A DNA stretch of 63,486 nt from Octopus bimaculoides (GCF_001194135.2 NC_068983.1:82240796-82304281), one strand, 5' to 3'. Positions 37,330-49,851 are shown, numbered from the stretch's first letter. Notes: generated from the letters alone by a model not told the origin. Program-made: numbers and translations.

Positions 37330-37630
37330 TTGAATGAGGTCGTTGCCAGTGCCGCTGGACTGGCTTCCGTGGAGGTGGCACGTAAAAACCACCATTTTGA
37401 GCATGGCTGTTGTCAGTACCGTGTGACTGGCCCTCTTGCCGGTGGCACGTAAAAGCACCCACTACACTCTCTGAGTGGTTGGCGTTAGGAAGGGCATCCA
37501 GCTGTAGAAACTCTGCCAGATCAGATTGGAGCCTGGTGCAGCCTTCTGGCTTGCCAGTCCTCAGTCAAATCGTCCAACCCATGCTAGCATGGAAAGCGGA
37601 CATTAAACGATGATGTTGATGATGATGATA
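37330..37630 (+). mobile_element. Family B repeat, best-preserved copy
   Basis: GGTGGCACGTAAAAGCACCCACTACACTCTCTGAGTGGTTGGCGTTAGGAAGGGCATCCAGC..CCATGCTAGCATGGAAAGCGGACATTAAAC(GAT)n. Confidence 0.85.
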
Positions 37631-37987
37631 TGCATATAAATATATATATATATGTATAGTTCAAATTTACAGACAATAAAAGATGAAGACAGGTGTAGCA
37701 GCAACAAGCATGTGTATTAGTTTAACACTCAGAAAAAACGGAAATGTCTTTTACGATTTGAGCCAACATTCTTCGACAGAAAGGATTAAGAGGTAAAAAA
37801 GGGAGAGAGAAAGAAAAATATGGACAGAGTTCAATGGTCCAAATGGCAAGATGTCTAGCAAAAAGAGGTTAAATAAAAGGGAGATAATGATATTACTTAC
37901 AATAAAGGCAATGGTGACCCTCAGCAAACTAAGGTGTGCAAGCATGTGTGTGTATGTGAGAATGGTGTGTGTGAGTGTGTATGTGTG

Positions 37988-38085
37988 AATGGGGGCAAGT
38001 GAGTCTAATGTGAGTGTGCACGAATGGAGGCGAGTGAGTCTAACGTGTGTGTGAGAATGGGGCAAGTGAGTCTAATGTGTGTGTG
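37988..38085 (+). repeat. ~32-bp minisatellite, 3 copies
   Basis: AATGG(G/A)GGC(A/G)AGTGAGTCTAA(T/C)GTG is repeated. Confidence 0.8.
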
Positions 38086-38689
38086 TGTGTGTGTGTGTGT
38101 GTGTCTGTCTGTCTGTCTGAGTTGTGTGTAGCAGTTGATGTCTGTTTGTTCAGGTGATGTGTGCACATGTGTATGTCTGTGTCTGTGACCAAATAGTGTG
38201 TATGTTTGTGGGTGAAAGTTATCTTCGTCTTTTTTTGTTGCATGTGTTTATGTGTGTTACGTGTGTTTATGTGTGTTGTGTGTGTGTGAATATATTGTCT
38301 GTGTTCAGGTATTATGTGCTTGTGTGGGAGTGTGCATGATGGTGTATGGTGTGTGTACTGAGTTAAACAGTGTGTGAGACTGCTTGTATAGTGGTGTGTG
38401 TTGTGATACTATGGAATGGGGTGTGTGGATAATGATGTGCGTTGTGGGTGCTGAGAAGTGGTCAGTGCTAGCGTGAGTGGAATGGGAAGGTGTTTGTGGG
38501 TGTGTGTATAATGGTGTGTGAAGTGAGTAATGAGTTGAATAGTCTGTATGGGTGTTTGTATAGTGGTGTGTTTGTGAGGTGATCGTACCGAGGTAGGTGG
38601 TATGCAGGTGTGTAGGTGGAGGGGGCAGTTGGATGTGTGTGAGAATCTATGTGGGATTGGTGTCAGATGTTGCAGCTAATTACGAGTAG

Positions 38690-39150
38690 AGTGAATGTGG
38701 CATGAGGTCAGAGTGTCATTGCAAAATCTAATGTTTTGGAGGTGCTCTGTGAACTAGTCAGCCAAGCGGTGTCCCATTTGACCAATCTACAGAGAAGGAC
38801 AGAGAGAGCAAGAGATGCAATAAATAACATTTCTAGAGGTGCAGGTAAAGGAGACAGTGACAAGATAGGGACAGTAATGAGTGCCAGTGAGGATGGTAGT
38901 ATTGGAGAGGTAGAAGCAGGTGTAACAGCATGGGTGGGAACAGGGAAAGGAGCCAGGCTGGGAAGCAGGGGTAGGGAAGAAACTGTGAACCAGGTGGTCA
39001 GGCAGGTTATGGGCTTGTTTGAAGGAGAGAAGTGATAGGCGAGGGAAGATGTGCTAGGTGGAGGGGTTGGACTGGAATCACCAGAAATCTCAGAGAATGG
39101 TGCGTTGGAGGGGTAGAGTGGAGAGGTGGTAGGTAAGGGGAAATGAGAGA
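38690..39150 (-). pseudogene. Penelope-like (Neptune-type) linker plus GIY-YIG endonuclease
   Basis: LTYHLSTLPLQRTIL..HIFP..AHNLPDHLVHS..PGSFPCSHPCCYTC..SFTCTSRNVIYCISCSLCPSL*IGQMGHRLAD*FTEHLQNI. Confidence 0.85.
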
Positions 39151-39171
39151 TGGTTAAGGATGGGATGGGTG

Positions 39172-39405
39172 CATGTGTCTCTGTGACTGTGTTTGTGCCC
39201 CACCACTGCTTGACAACTAATGATGTTGGTGTGTTACATCCCTGTAACTTAGCAGTTTGGCATGCAAGACTGATAGAATAAGTACCAGGCTTAAATAAAA
39301 TATAATTACTGGCGTCAATTTATTTGACAAACATTCTTCAGGGCAATACCTCAGCATGGCCAGAATCAAATAACTGAAGCAAGTAAAAGATAAAATGTAA
39401 AAGAT
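39172..39405 (+). mobile_element. Family A SINE 3' half
   Basis: CCCCACCACTGCTTGACAAC..GATAGAATAAGTACCAGG..CAGCATGGCC. Confidence 0.8.
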
Positions 39406-39575
39406 ATATATATTTACATACACACACACACACACATGAAATTTAATAGCTGATGGAGTTCATTGCATTATTTCCTATTTTTTTGTAATTTATTTAATTT
39501 CATTTTACACTTTGTACCCAACTAACACTTTATTCTGAAGCATATATATATTGAGTTCTAACACCAGACTATTGG

Positions 39576-39657
<82 letters not shown>

Positions 39658-39950
39658 TTAACACACTTATCGTGAATATAAAGAAAATCCACTTTTTTCT
39701 GTCGAGGGCTCATATGCCCCAATACTAGACTATTTTCTTTAGTCAATACACGGTGATTGCTTTTAAGCTTTAAGCTTAGAAATATTATTATTACTTATAG
39801 AATCATCACTCATCACCACTTCTCAATTCATCACAAAAAAAGCATGTATAGTATCAAGCTATCAAGCAAAGGAAGCCAACTTGCTGGCCATAATTTTTAA
39901 GAGGAATATTTCTTCAACTATCACCGGCTTTCTTGTGTTTTTAAAAAACA

Positions 39951-40213
39951 TTCTTTGCAGAGAACATGCAAGTGGCTGAGCGCTCCACAGACACATGTAT
40001 CCTTAATGTAGTTCTCAAGAAGATTCAGCGGGACACAGAATATGACAAAGCTGGCCCTTTGAATTATATGTACAACTCATTTTTACTAGCTGAGTGGACT
40101 GAGGCAACATGAAACAAAGTGTCTTGCTCAAGGACTCAATGCATCACCAGGTATCAAACTCGTAATCTTACAATCCTGAGCCAAATATCCCTTATCACTA
40201 AGCCACATGCCTT
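39951..40213 (-). mobile_element. Family E SINE carrying the Family D 3' tail
   Basis: Head and core CCTTGAGCAAGACACTTT..CAGTCCACTCAGCTAG..AAATGAGT are joined to AATTCAAAGGGCCAGC..GTGGAGCGCTCAGCCACTTGCA. Confidence 0.8.
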
Positions 40214-40649
40214 CATGAGATAATACATGGTTAATTCAAAACAATTTGTGTAGATAAGCATTACATTTGACAGAGTAATCTGAATGCTAAAAGGTTAAAG
40301 GAGATTTTGCTGCTATTTCAGGTAAAGAACAGTGACTATGAGGAGCTTCTATGTTGGTTTACAAAGGAAATTATTGCATCAGTTGAAGGAATCAGTGAAG
40401 AGACAAGATATTCTTGGTGGGTTTCTGTTGTATGTTGGTCAAGGAAGCTTTGTTGTCATATTAATTAATAAGTTCTAATTATTTCTCAAGTACTTATAAT
40501 AAAAAAGAAATCAAAAATTAAATGGCAACGAGTAAAAACAAAGCAAAGTAATTATTTTCGTTTTGATTTTGTTAATTTGATGAAAAAGAGCAATGGTCAT
40601 TGCCCTTTCACGGTCTCTTAGACAAGTTAATCGGGATAATTGAAGAAGG

Positions 40650-40880
40650 TTATTAGTGTTAATGATTAGATTTGGAAAGCCAAAGGTTAATGGTAGTGGA
40701 GAGACAAAGGGCAAGAAGGAAATCCAGTTGGAAGTAATTCTGGAGGCCAGAGGTTTGAGCAAAGGGTATAGTTTGGAAATCAGGGATTAAGTAGAGTGGG
40801 TGGTGGTGACAGGAAAAGGGGGTGGCATATGCACAGTCAAGAACAGGAAGTTCAATCATCTGCAAGGAGCTTAATCAGTT
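40650..40880 (-). pseudogene. Possible very degenerate CR1/Jockey-group LINE 3' end
   Basis: HPLYL..FAQT..TINLWLSKSN gives only a weak motif match. Similarly weak matches occur at 12400-12560 and 50990-51240. Confidence 0.3.
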
Positions 40881-41089
40881 CCTTAAACATCTCTTCTTCT
40901 TCTTCTTCTTCTTCCTCTACCATCACAGCTACTTCCATTATTCCATGCTGAACTCCATTTCCACAACCACTGCTGTAGCTCCAATATCACCCCCTTCCCC
41001 TGGCCACTTCATCGCTCCTCCACAACCTACAACTGTTACCATAATCATGACCAATACTTTGTCACTGCTATAAGGAACACCAACACCAT

Positions 41090-41660
41090 GCACATCACTA
41101 CTACTACTACTAATAATAATAATGATAATAATACTGCTGCCAGCACCACCACCATCACCATCATACTACTAAATCTACTACTACTACTACTACTGCTGCT
41201 GCTACAATTATAGACAATACCATCATCACAATCACAATGACGATCACCACCACTGACCCCGTATCTTCATTCTCATCGTCATCATTATCATCATCATCCT
41301 TGCCATCACACTACTACCATCACCACCATCACCATCATCATCATCATCATCATCGTCATCATCTTCATCATCATCATCACCATCATCATTGTCCTCATAA
41401 TTGCTACAATCAATCTGAAGGAAATGATATCTTGTGATTCTCAGTTATTTACCACTCAAACTCTACTCTTTTTCTTTATTACGTAGCCTGATTAAGGAAG
41501 CTATTAACCCTAATCAAAGCAGAAGCTATTATCTTCCTTCCCAGAACCTCACGCTAAATGCCCACACCAAACTCACCACCACCACTACTACCGCCGCCGC
41601 CGCCACCGCCACTGCCGCCGCCGCCACCACCACTACCATCACAAAACTCATCCCAGCCTA
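41090..41660. repeat. (CTA/CAT/CCA/CCG) trinucleotide repeats
   Basis: Directly visible. Confidence 0.85.
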
Positions 41661-42329
41661 CAACACAATACCATGTTGCACCATGCCAATGCCTTTCCTT
41701 GCCCACCATCCCAACCCTGCCACCATGTACCACTAACTAAAGCTCTTCTCCACACACACACTACCACCTACCTAAACTTTTCTCTGCAGTTTTAAGACAG
41801 AAACAAGGGATCTAAGTAGTCAAATGGTAAATAACTTGCTTTTCAATCTCCTTACCAAATTCTATTGCAAGGAACCTTAAAGAAATACTATTGTACCACA
41901 GCTTTTTTGTTGATGCATATTTTTTTTTTGTTATTTTTATGTTTCTAGTTCTCCCTTATTTTTCTTTTCTCGTGTATTTTCTTTGGTCTTCTTATCTCCC
42001 CCCCCCCCTCTCCATCATTTTGGTAAAAGAGAATTGCACAGCAATCATCTCTGAAAACGGTGAAGTTAGTTGAGGAAATGAGGAATGGTGGTAGGAGCAA
42101 TTTCCTTTGCTTTTAGGTTTTTAATGTTTGTGTGTCTTTGTATTTTGTTGCTGCTGCTGTTGTTGTTGTTGTTGTTGTTAATGATTTATTGTAGTGGTAG
42201 TGTTGATGGTGTTGAGAGTTGTCTTATATTAATTTGTTCATTGTATTACAAGTTGTTTGCTGCGTGCACACACACACACACACACACAAACACACACATG
42301 AATTTATATATATTCATACATAAACATAT

Positions 42330-42361
42330 ACATACATATCTACCTACATATATAACTATAT

Positions 42362-42428
<67 letters not shown>

Positions 42429-42441
42429 CATACATATATAT

Positions 42442-42508
<67 letters not shown>

Positions 42509-42902
42509 CATATNNNNNNNNNNNNNNNNNNNNNNNNNNNNNNNNNNNNNNNNNNNNNNNNNNNNNNNNNNNNNNNNNNNNNNNNNNNNNNNNNNNNNNN
42601 NNNNNNNNNNNNNNNNNNNNNNNNNNNNNNNNNNNNNNNNNNNNNNNNNNNNNNNNNNNNNNNNNNNNNNNNNNNNNNNNNNNNNNNNNNNNNNNNNNNN
42701 NNNNNNNNNNNNNNNNNNNNNNNNNNNNNNNNNNNNNNNNNNNNNNNNNNNNNNNNNNNNNNNNNNNNNNNNNNNNNNNNNNNNNTCATCATAAGTTCAT
42801 TCTGTTGTCCTTGTTGATTAGTTAGTTGTTCTTTCATTTCATTCCATTTTATATTCTAATATTGTTGCTGTTGTTGTCATTACTACCGTACTTGTACATT
42901 TT

Positions 42903-42989
<87 letters not shown>

Positions 42990-43052
42990 TGCATACATAC
43001 ATTCATATATATGTAATATATATATGTGTATGTATTTATGTATGTATGCATC

Positions 43053-43087
<35 letters not shown>

Positions 43088-43130
43088 ATATGTATATATA
43101 TGGATGTGAGTGTGTGTGTGTGTATGTTTA
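42330..43130. repeat. (TA)n/(CATATA)n microsatellites around a gap
   Basis: Directly visible. Confidence 0.9.
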
Positions 43131-44334
43131 TATGTATGTGACTTTAAATCACTGCAGCACTATTTATTGTTATTGTTGTATATCCTTGTCTTTTTCATTT
43201 TGATGTTGTTGCTACCATAGTAGATTTTTCTTTTTTTTTTTTGCCTGTTTTTATTTTTTGAAAATTTTACTTTTTTTTTGTTATAGTCATACGATTTTGT
43301 TCTTGATTATGTTGTAGTGTTTGCTGTTGTTGTTGTTGTTGTTGTTGGGTGTTGTTTTATTGTAGTCTCAATAACCTTTCCCCATAATCCCTCACTTCTC
43401 TACCATTCTTCTTCTTCTTCTTGTTGATCTTTGTTCATTTTTGTTGATCTCATTGTTGTTGTTGTTGTTGTTATCTAACCAAACTACACTGCCCTGTGCT
43501 GCCCTGCCTCGCCCCACTCCTTGACTTCACTAATCCTTTTTTATTTGTTAATTTTCTTTGGTCCTCTAATTACAGTTGCTGTTGTTATTGCTGTTTTTTT
43601 ATTTTGTTGTTGTTTTTGTTCCTCATCTCCTTTCTTCCTTTCTTTCCCATTTTATTGCTTTGTCAATATTACTTTTGCTTTTATATTTTCTTTTTTTTTT
43701 TCATTAATATATTTTTTTTGTATATTTTTAGTTAGAATGTGTTTGTCTTATTGTTTTAGAGCTATTATCTGTATTGTTCTTTATATATTTTTAATCTATG
43801 TCTTTCTTGTTTCTCTCTCTCTTTCTACATCTTTCTTCTCCCTTCATCTCCTCCCCTCTTCTCCACCCCCCGCCTTTTTTTTTTTTTACAATCCTAATTG
43901 ATAATAAATTCCTCTTGTTCATCGGAATAGTTACAGAAATAGTTACATGGCTGGTCTGTCTGGGACACAGTAATAGAGTAGAATAGGTTCGACCATATTC
44001 CTCCCATCAGCACCCCTACCNNNNNNNNNNNNNNNNNNNNNNNNNNNNNNNNNNNNNNNNNNNNNNNNNNNNNNNNNNNNNNNNNNNNNNNNNNNNNNNN
44101 NNNNNNNNNNNNNNNNNNNNNNNNNNNNNNNNNNNNNNNNNNNNNNNNNNNNNNNNNNNNNNNNNNNNNNNNNNNNCCACCACCACCACCAAACAAACAC
44201 TATCATCAGTACGAAAGTAAAAGTTCTAGTAACTCACCACCACCACCAACAACAACAACAACAACACTATTGCCACCACCACCAACACCATCACCAACTG
44301 CTAAACCTTAAAAATATCAATTTCTATCATAGAC

Positions 44335-44420
44335 CAAGGCCAAAGATTTGGGGTTAAGGATATAATTGATTATATCAACCCCAATAATTTGACTTGTACA
44401 TTATTTTATTGGCCCCTAGA
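44335..44420 (-). mobile_element. Family C SINE 3' fragment
   Basis: CAAGGCC..TTTGGGG..GATTATATCAACCCC. Confidence 0.5.
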
Positions 44421-44589
44421 CGTTAAAAGTAATAAACATTTATCTTAAAATATGCAATAAAACAAATATAATATTAATGCAAAAATAACTCAAATTCTCT
44501 AAGTACTTGAGATTATATAGACTCTTCACAGTACAGCTTGTATAGTACTAGTTCTAAGGTCAAATCCCATTAGAGGTTGTTTTTAATAT

Positions 44590-44990
44590 ATCATCGTTTA
44601 ACGTCTGCCTTCCATGCTAGCATGGGTGGGATGGCTTCACAAGAGCCAGCCAAGCAGAAACCTGCACCAGACTTTTGTGACTGTTTTGACATGATTTTTA
44701 CAGCTGAATGCCCTTCTGAACATCAACCTCTCAGCAGAATGGACTTAGTGCTTTTTATGTGGCACAAGCACAGGCGAGGTCAGTTTTGGTAAGGTTCTTA
44801 CAGCTAGATGCCCTTCCTAACACTCACCATTCAGCAGAGTGGACTTAGTGCCTTTTACAAAGCACAAACACAGCTGAGGTCAGTTTAGGCAAGGCTTTTA
44901 CAGCTGGATGTCATTTCAAACACCAACCACTTTTACAGTGTAGACTGGGTGCTTTTAAGAGGCACCTGCACTGACAGGGTTACCAGGTAC
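44590..44990 (-). mobile_element. Family B repeat with three internal ~90-bp tandem subunits
   Basis: CATCGTTTAACGTCTGCCTTCCATGCTAGCATGG, then ACAGCT..ATG.C..TTC..AC..ACC..(G/A)GACT..GTGC.TTT recurring at about 44700, 44800 and 44900. Confidence 0.75.
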
Positions 44991-45069
44991 TTGCAAGACA
45001 AAAAACTTTCAAGAGAGGAGGGGGAATTGGAGTAGGTGATCTTGTGTCAGATGATAAAAGGTTAAATAA

Positions 45070-45460
45070 TAATCCTTTCTACTGTTGGCATGTGGCCTGA
45101 ACTTTTAGGGGAGGAACTAGTTGATTATTTCAACCTCACTAATCAAGTAGTATATATTTTATCAACCCTGAAAGGATGAAAAGTACAATCAGCCTCGATG
45201 GAATTCGAGATCAGAATTTAAAATTGGATGAAATACTACTAAATGTTTTGTCCAGAGTGCTAACATTTCTGCCAACTTTCCACCTTGATAACAATAATCG
45301 TAATAAGGCTTTCTGCTATAGGCACAAGGCCTGAAAGTTTTAGGGAGAGATAAGTTGATTACATGGATCTCAGTGTTTCACTGGTATTTAATTTATTCAC
45401 TGGTATTTAATTTATTCACTGGTATTTAATTTAATTTATCTGCCAGCTTGCCACCTTGAC
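45070..45460 (-). mobile_element. Two Family C SINEs; the second is deleted and carries a 19-bp unit three times
   Basis: TTCACTGGTATTTAATTTA appears three times at 45377-45435. Confidence 0.75.
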
Positions 45461-45867
45461 AATAATTACAATAAATACATATCTCATTCTCATCTCTTGC
45501 AGACAAAAATTTCAGTTAAACTTTTATTAGCATGAGTCTGAAAAATCTCTTTGGCATGAACTAATGATTATCACTAAAATTTGTAATGATCTCATAAATA
45601 TTAATTCAGTGCTAAAAACGATGCATGTTGATGCATCATAAGTTAAAGTGATAGACCTTTCATAAGATAAAATCTTTGAATGCTCTCCCAAAATTGCAAA
45701 CACTCATCTGTTTCCAAGCAAGTTCATAACACTTCCCTAAGTCCAATGCTACTGAAATGTTTTTAACTATTGCTCTCCTTCATTTGCAATCACTTTTTTC
45801 ACATTCTCTTGCTTATTATATGGCAAAATTAAGTATACCACATGTGCATATCCACATGTATATATTG

Positions 45868-46020
45868 TGACTGTGTGACAAAAAGTTTACTTCTCAACCA
45901 CATGGTTCCAGGTTCAGTCCCACTGCATGGCACCTTGGGCAAATGTCTTCAATTATAGCCCTGGGCTGACCAAAGCCCCCTGAGTAGATTTGGTAGACAA
46001 GACAGAAACTGAAAGTACCT
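45868..46020 (+). mobile_element. Family A SINE 5' half
   Basis: CAACCACATGGTTCCAGGTTCAGTCCCACTGCATGGCACCTTGGGCAA. Confidence 0.85.
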
Positions 46021-46053
46021 ATCACACACACACACACATATATATATATAAAC

Positions 46054-46146
<93 letters not shown>

Positions 46147-46544
46147 CATATATATCAATATATATGTATAAATATACACACACAAACGCGCACACACACA
46201 CACACACTCATGTATTAATAATAACAATAATCCTTGGATGGAATTTATAAACATTTAATGCATCACTATGCACATTTCCTCAAATCGCATGTCTCTTAAG
46301 ATCACAGTCCATTTTACTGTTCAGTCTGTAGTATCTGTGGGCATTGGGTAGATCATCTCCATGGAATCATTTCTTCAGGGGACATAACATTAATGGATGT
46401 ACAGCAGATGGATGTTCATCTCTTTTTACCAGTATGAAGGTTAATGCCTTCATACAGCAGTAGTAGTAGCAGCAATAGTTACATCATCATCATCACCATC
46501 ACTATCACCCCCATCACCATCATCATCATCATCATCATCATTAT

Positions 46545-47394
46545 TTCAGGCCTAGTAGAAAGGATTATTATTATCATCATCATCATCATCATCATCATTA
46601 TTATTATTATCATTATCATAATGTGGCGAGCTGGCAAAATTGTTTGCCTTTCAGCCTTTTGGGATTGATAAATTAAGTATCAGTGAAATACTGGGGTTGA
46701 TCTAATCAAATAATCACCTACCCTGAAATTTCAGGCCTTGTACCTTTAGTAGAATGGATTATTATTTTTATTATGTTTAAGGCAGCAAGCTGACAGAATC
46801 GTTAGCATGCTGGGTAAAATGCTTAGCGGTATTTCATCACTCACTGCATTCTAAGTTCAAATCCTGCCAAGGTCGACTTTGTCTTTCATCCTTTTGGGGT
46901 GGATAAAATAAGTGCCAGTTGAACACTGGGGTTGATGTAATCAACTTATTCCCTCCCCCGAAATTGCAGGCCTTGACCTTACATTCTGCGTTCAAAGTCT
47001 GCTGTAGTCTACTTTGCCTTTCATCATTTTGGAGTCTCTGACATAAGTACCAGTTGAGCACTGGTGTCAATGTAATTCACTAGCTTCCTCCCCCAAATTT
47101 CAGGCTTTGTGCCTATAGTAGAAAGGATTATTATTATTAGTAGTAGTTGTGGTAGTCATCATAGAAGTAGTAGTAGTTGTAAGGCAGTGAGCTGGCAGAA
47201 TCATTAGCACATCAGGCAACATGCTTAGCAGCATTTCAAAGTCTCTACATTCTGATTTCAAATTCTGCTGAGGTCGACTTTGCTTTTCGTCCGTTCGGGG
47301 TCAGTAAATTAAGTACCAGTGAAACACTGGAGTTGATGTAACTGACTAGTCCCCTCCCACCAAATTTCAGGTCCTGTGCCTTTAGTAAAAAGGA

Positions 47395-47440
<46 letters not shown>
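46545..47440 (+). mobile_element. Cluster of 4-5 same-orientation Family C SINEs separated by (TAT/CAT/TAG)n tracts
   Basis: Copies at about 46620-46760, 46778-46980, 46980-47135 and 47180-47400, plus a 3' stub at 46545. Confidence 0.85.
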
Positions 47441-47442
<2 letters not shown>

Positions 47443-47444
47443 TT

Positions 47445-47670
47445 TCACTCGAATAGAGAATAGAGAGGGAAGTGCTGTCCTTGCGTGTGTTTATTGAAAG
47501 GTGGATGAAAGTTGCGAAAATAGCAAGATTGGAGAGAAGGAATCGAAGAGGACACTTGCTCCTGAGGTTTCAGGGAAATCTCAAACAGTGGGGTTCCTTG
47601 ATTATCCCTAGAAGCTTTCCTGTTTCAGGAGGGTCACATCTCTATACTCCTACCTGCCACATTTTTTTTT
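47445..47670 (+). mobile_element. Short 3' fragment of a Tx1-like LINE
   Basis: EREVLSLRVFIERWMKVAKIARL resembles Tx1 ORF2 C-termini (compare ERKCMSHES at about 2716); followed by a UTR-like stretch. Confidence 0.45.
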
Positions 47671-47902
47671 TTAACCCTTTCTATACCAACCTGACTGAAA
47701 CTGCCTCTGGCTCTGTGTTACAAATGTTTTGCTTTCATAAGTTTTGAATTAAAATCTTCCACCAAACCTTAGTCACAATTTATGTACCTAACACTAGCTT
47801 ACTGATATAACTAAATTGTTTTACTAAATTCTTTGTGATATTCAAAATTATTTGAAAGAAACACAGAGCATCTCAAAATAAATACAGTAACAAAAGGGTT
47901 AA
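47671..47902. mobile_element. piggyBac-type MITE (224 bp plus TTAA TSDs)
   Basis: TTAA-CCCTTTCTATAC ... GTAACAAAAGGG-TTAA. Related 3' ends occur at about 26905 and 40295. Confidence 0.8.
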
Positions 47903-48059
47903 ACTTGTGTATGCTATGCATATGTTTCTTCTTTTTCAGCATATACTGTGTATATTTTCTTTCTTTCATTTAAAAAAAAAAAAATTTATCATTTCAATAT
48001 ATGTAAATCCCAACAATTTGTCTGTCTTTGTATTGTCCCCTCCACCCTTGTAGCAAATA

Positions 48060-48178
48060 AATGGAATTATTATTATTATTTGTCTTATTATTATTATTAT
48101 TATTATTGCTGCTATTATTATTATCATTGTTGTTGTTATTCTTCTTCTTCTTCTTCTCATTATTATTTATTATTATTG

Positions 48179-48214
<36 letters not shown>

Positions 48215-48240
48215 GTAGTAGTAGTAGTGGTAGTAGTAAG
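48060..48240. repeat. (TAT/TCT/TAG)n trinucleotide repeat
   Basis: Directly visible. Confidence 0.9.
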
Positions 48241-48540
48241 TAAGAAAGTAAGAAAGCAGTGGTGTTTGCGACTGCTGACATAGTGGCAATTCTTGTGTCT
48301 CCTTTAGTAGAAATTAGTTGTAGGCACAGTATAGCCACACCCAGTTTATATAAACATAGCAGCGATAAATATTGGATACTCCCAAAGTGGCATTTGATGA
48401 TGCCAAAAAGACGGGCAGAAAAACTGACCAATGGCTAGCTAGATTTTTTGTCTAGTTTTCTGGACTGACTGCTGTATCAGTGGACATTGCAACAATACAT
48501 GAGGAAAATTCATTGAAGAAACTGGAAAGCTGAGCATAGT

Positions 48541-48571
<31 letters not shown>

Positions 48572-48621
48572 ATGTATATATATATATATATATATATAAA
48601 AACAAATAGTAAATGAGTATA

Positions 48622-48657
<36 letters not shown>

Positions 48658-49065
48658 NNNNNNNNNNNNNNNNNNNNNNNNNNNNNNNNNNNNNNNNNNN
48701 NNNNNNNNNNNNNNNNNNNNNNNNNNNNNNNNNNNNNNNNNNNNNNNNNNNNNNNNNNNNNNNNNNNNNNNNNNNNNNNNNNNNNNNNNNNNNNNNNNNN
48801 NNNNNNNNNNNNNNNNNNNNNNNNNNNNNNNNNNNNNNNNNNNNNNNNNNNNNNNNNNNNNNNNNNNNNNNNNNNNNNNNNNNATATATATACACACCAA
48901 CACACATTTACACACACACACACACACACATATGCACATGCATCTAAATGCATACATATACATAATACAAAATATACATAGGCTGAATATCTCAGCTTGC
49001 AAAATAATCAGGAAATAATTTTTAAAAAGTACTCAAAGATGTACTGCAGGGTTTATATGTATCTT

Positions 49066-49118
49066 CTTTTATTCTTTTACTTGTTTCAGTAATTTGACTG
49101 TGGCCATGCTGGAACATC
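49066..49118 (-). mobile_element. Family A SINE 3' tail next to a gap
   Basis: TCTTTTACTTGTTTCAGTAATTTGACTGTGGCCATGCTGG. Confidence 0.8.
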
Positions 49119-49644
49119 NNNNNNNNNNNNNNNNNNNNNNNNNNNNNNNNNNNNNNNNNNNNNNNNNNNNNNNNNNNNNNNNNNNNNNNNNNNNNNNNNN
49201 NNNNNNNNNNNNNNNNNNTGTGTGTGTGTGTGTGTGTGAGTGAGTGAATGCATTTACTTGCCTAAATAAGGAATGAATTTTCTTGCACACTTGATAATAT
49301 ACGGTGTGACTATTTTCAATTTGTAACTTTTGAAGAATTTTTCATATTGCCTCATTAAACTTATGTTTAGCTTGGAACAATAGTGTTCTGAAATCTATTA
49401 ATCTAGTAATGTTCTGGGGCTTTCATCATCTCATTTTCATAATACAGTGTTTGTGTTAAAGACACATTGACCTCATGTTTAGTGGTATGACACAAAGTAT
49501 CTTGGAAATAATTCTTTATTAGTTAAAATTATAAACATTAGATTTAAATTTATGCAATGGTGACTCAGAAATATATTCCTTCAATGCTGAATTCAAAATT
49601 ACATCTCAAGGGTTTCTAAGAGATTTTGTGATATATCTTTTATC

Positions 49645-49803
49645 TATTACATCTTTCAATCATTGGACTGGCTGTGGCCATACTGGAGTACCACCTTGTG
49701 CACCTTATTTAAGCCTGGTACTTACTTTTAACCAAACTGCAAAGTTATGGGGTCATAAATAATTTAATGCCAATTGTCAAGCAGTGAAAGGTGACAAACA
49801 CAT

Positions 49804-49851
<48 letters not shown>

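Larger units (their letters stand above)
37660..39155 (-). mobile_element. Penelope-like element 3' portion (endonuclease remnant, GT-rich 3' region, HHR-like terminal remnant at 37750-37782)
   Basis: Endonuclease homology at 38690-39150. A CTGTCGA..GCTC-AAATCGTA remnant lies downstream on the same strand. Joining them as one element is inference. Confidence 0.55.

Noticed and set aside
38736-39035. 99-aa plus-strand ORF with normal-looking composition
   Set aside because: It is the antisense shadow of the minus-strand Penelope GIY-YIG pseudogene.
44697-44975. Regularly spaced repeats (also 11240-11600 and 37988-38085) as possible CRISPR-like arrays
   Set aside because: The whole units are degenerate tandem copies rather than identical repeats with unique spacers. 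The context is eukaryotic and there are no cas genes.
48393-48430. TTGATGA-TGCC..GGCA-GAAA
   Set aside because: C3 is mutated and there is no stem III, NUH site or stem I. It could be chance.
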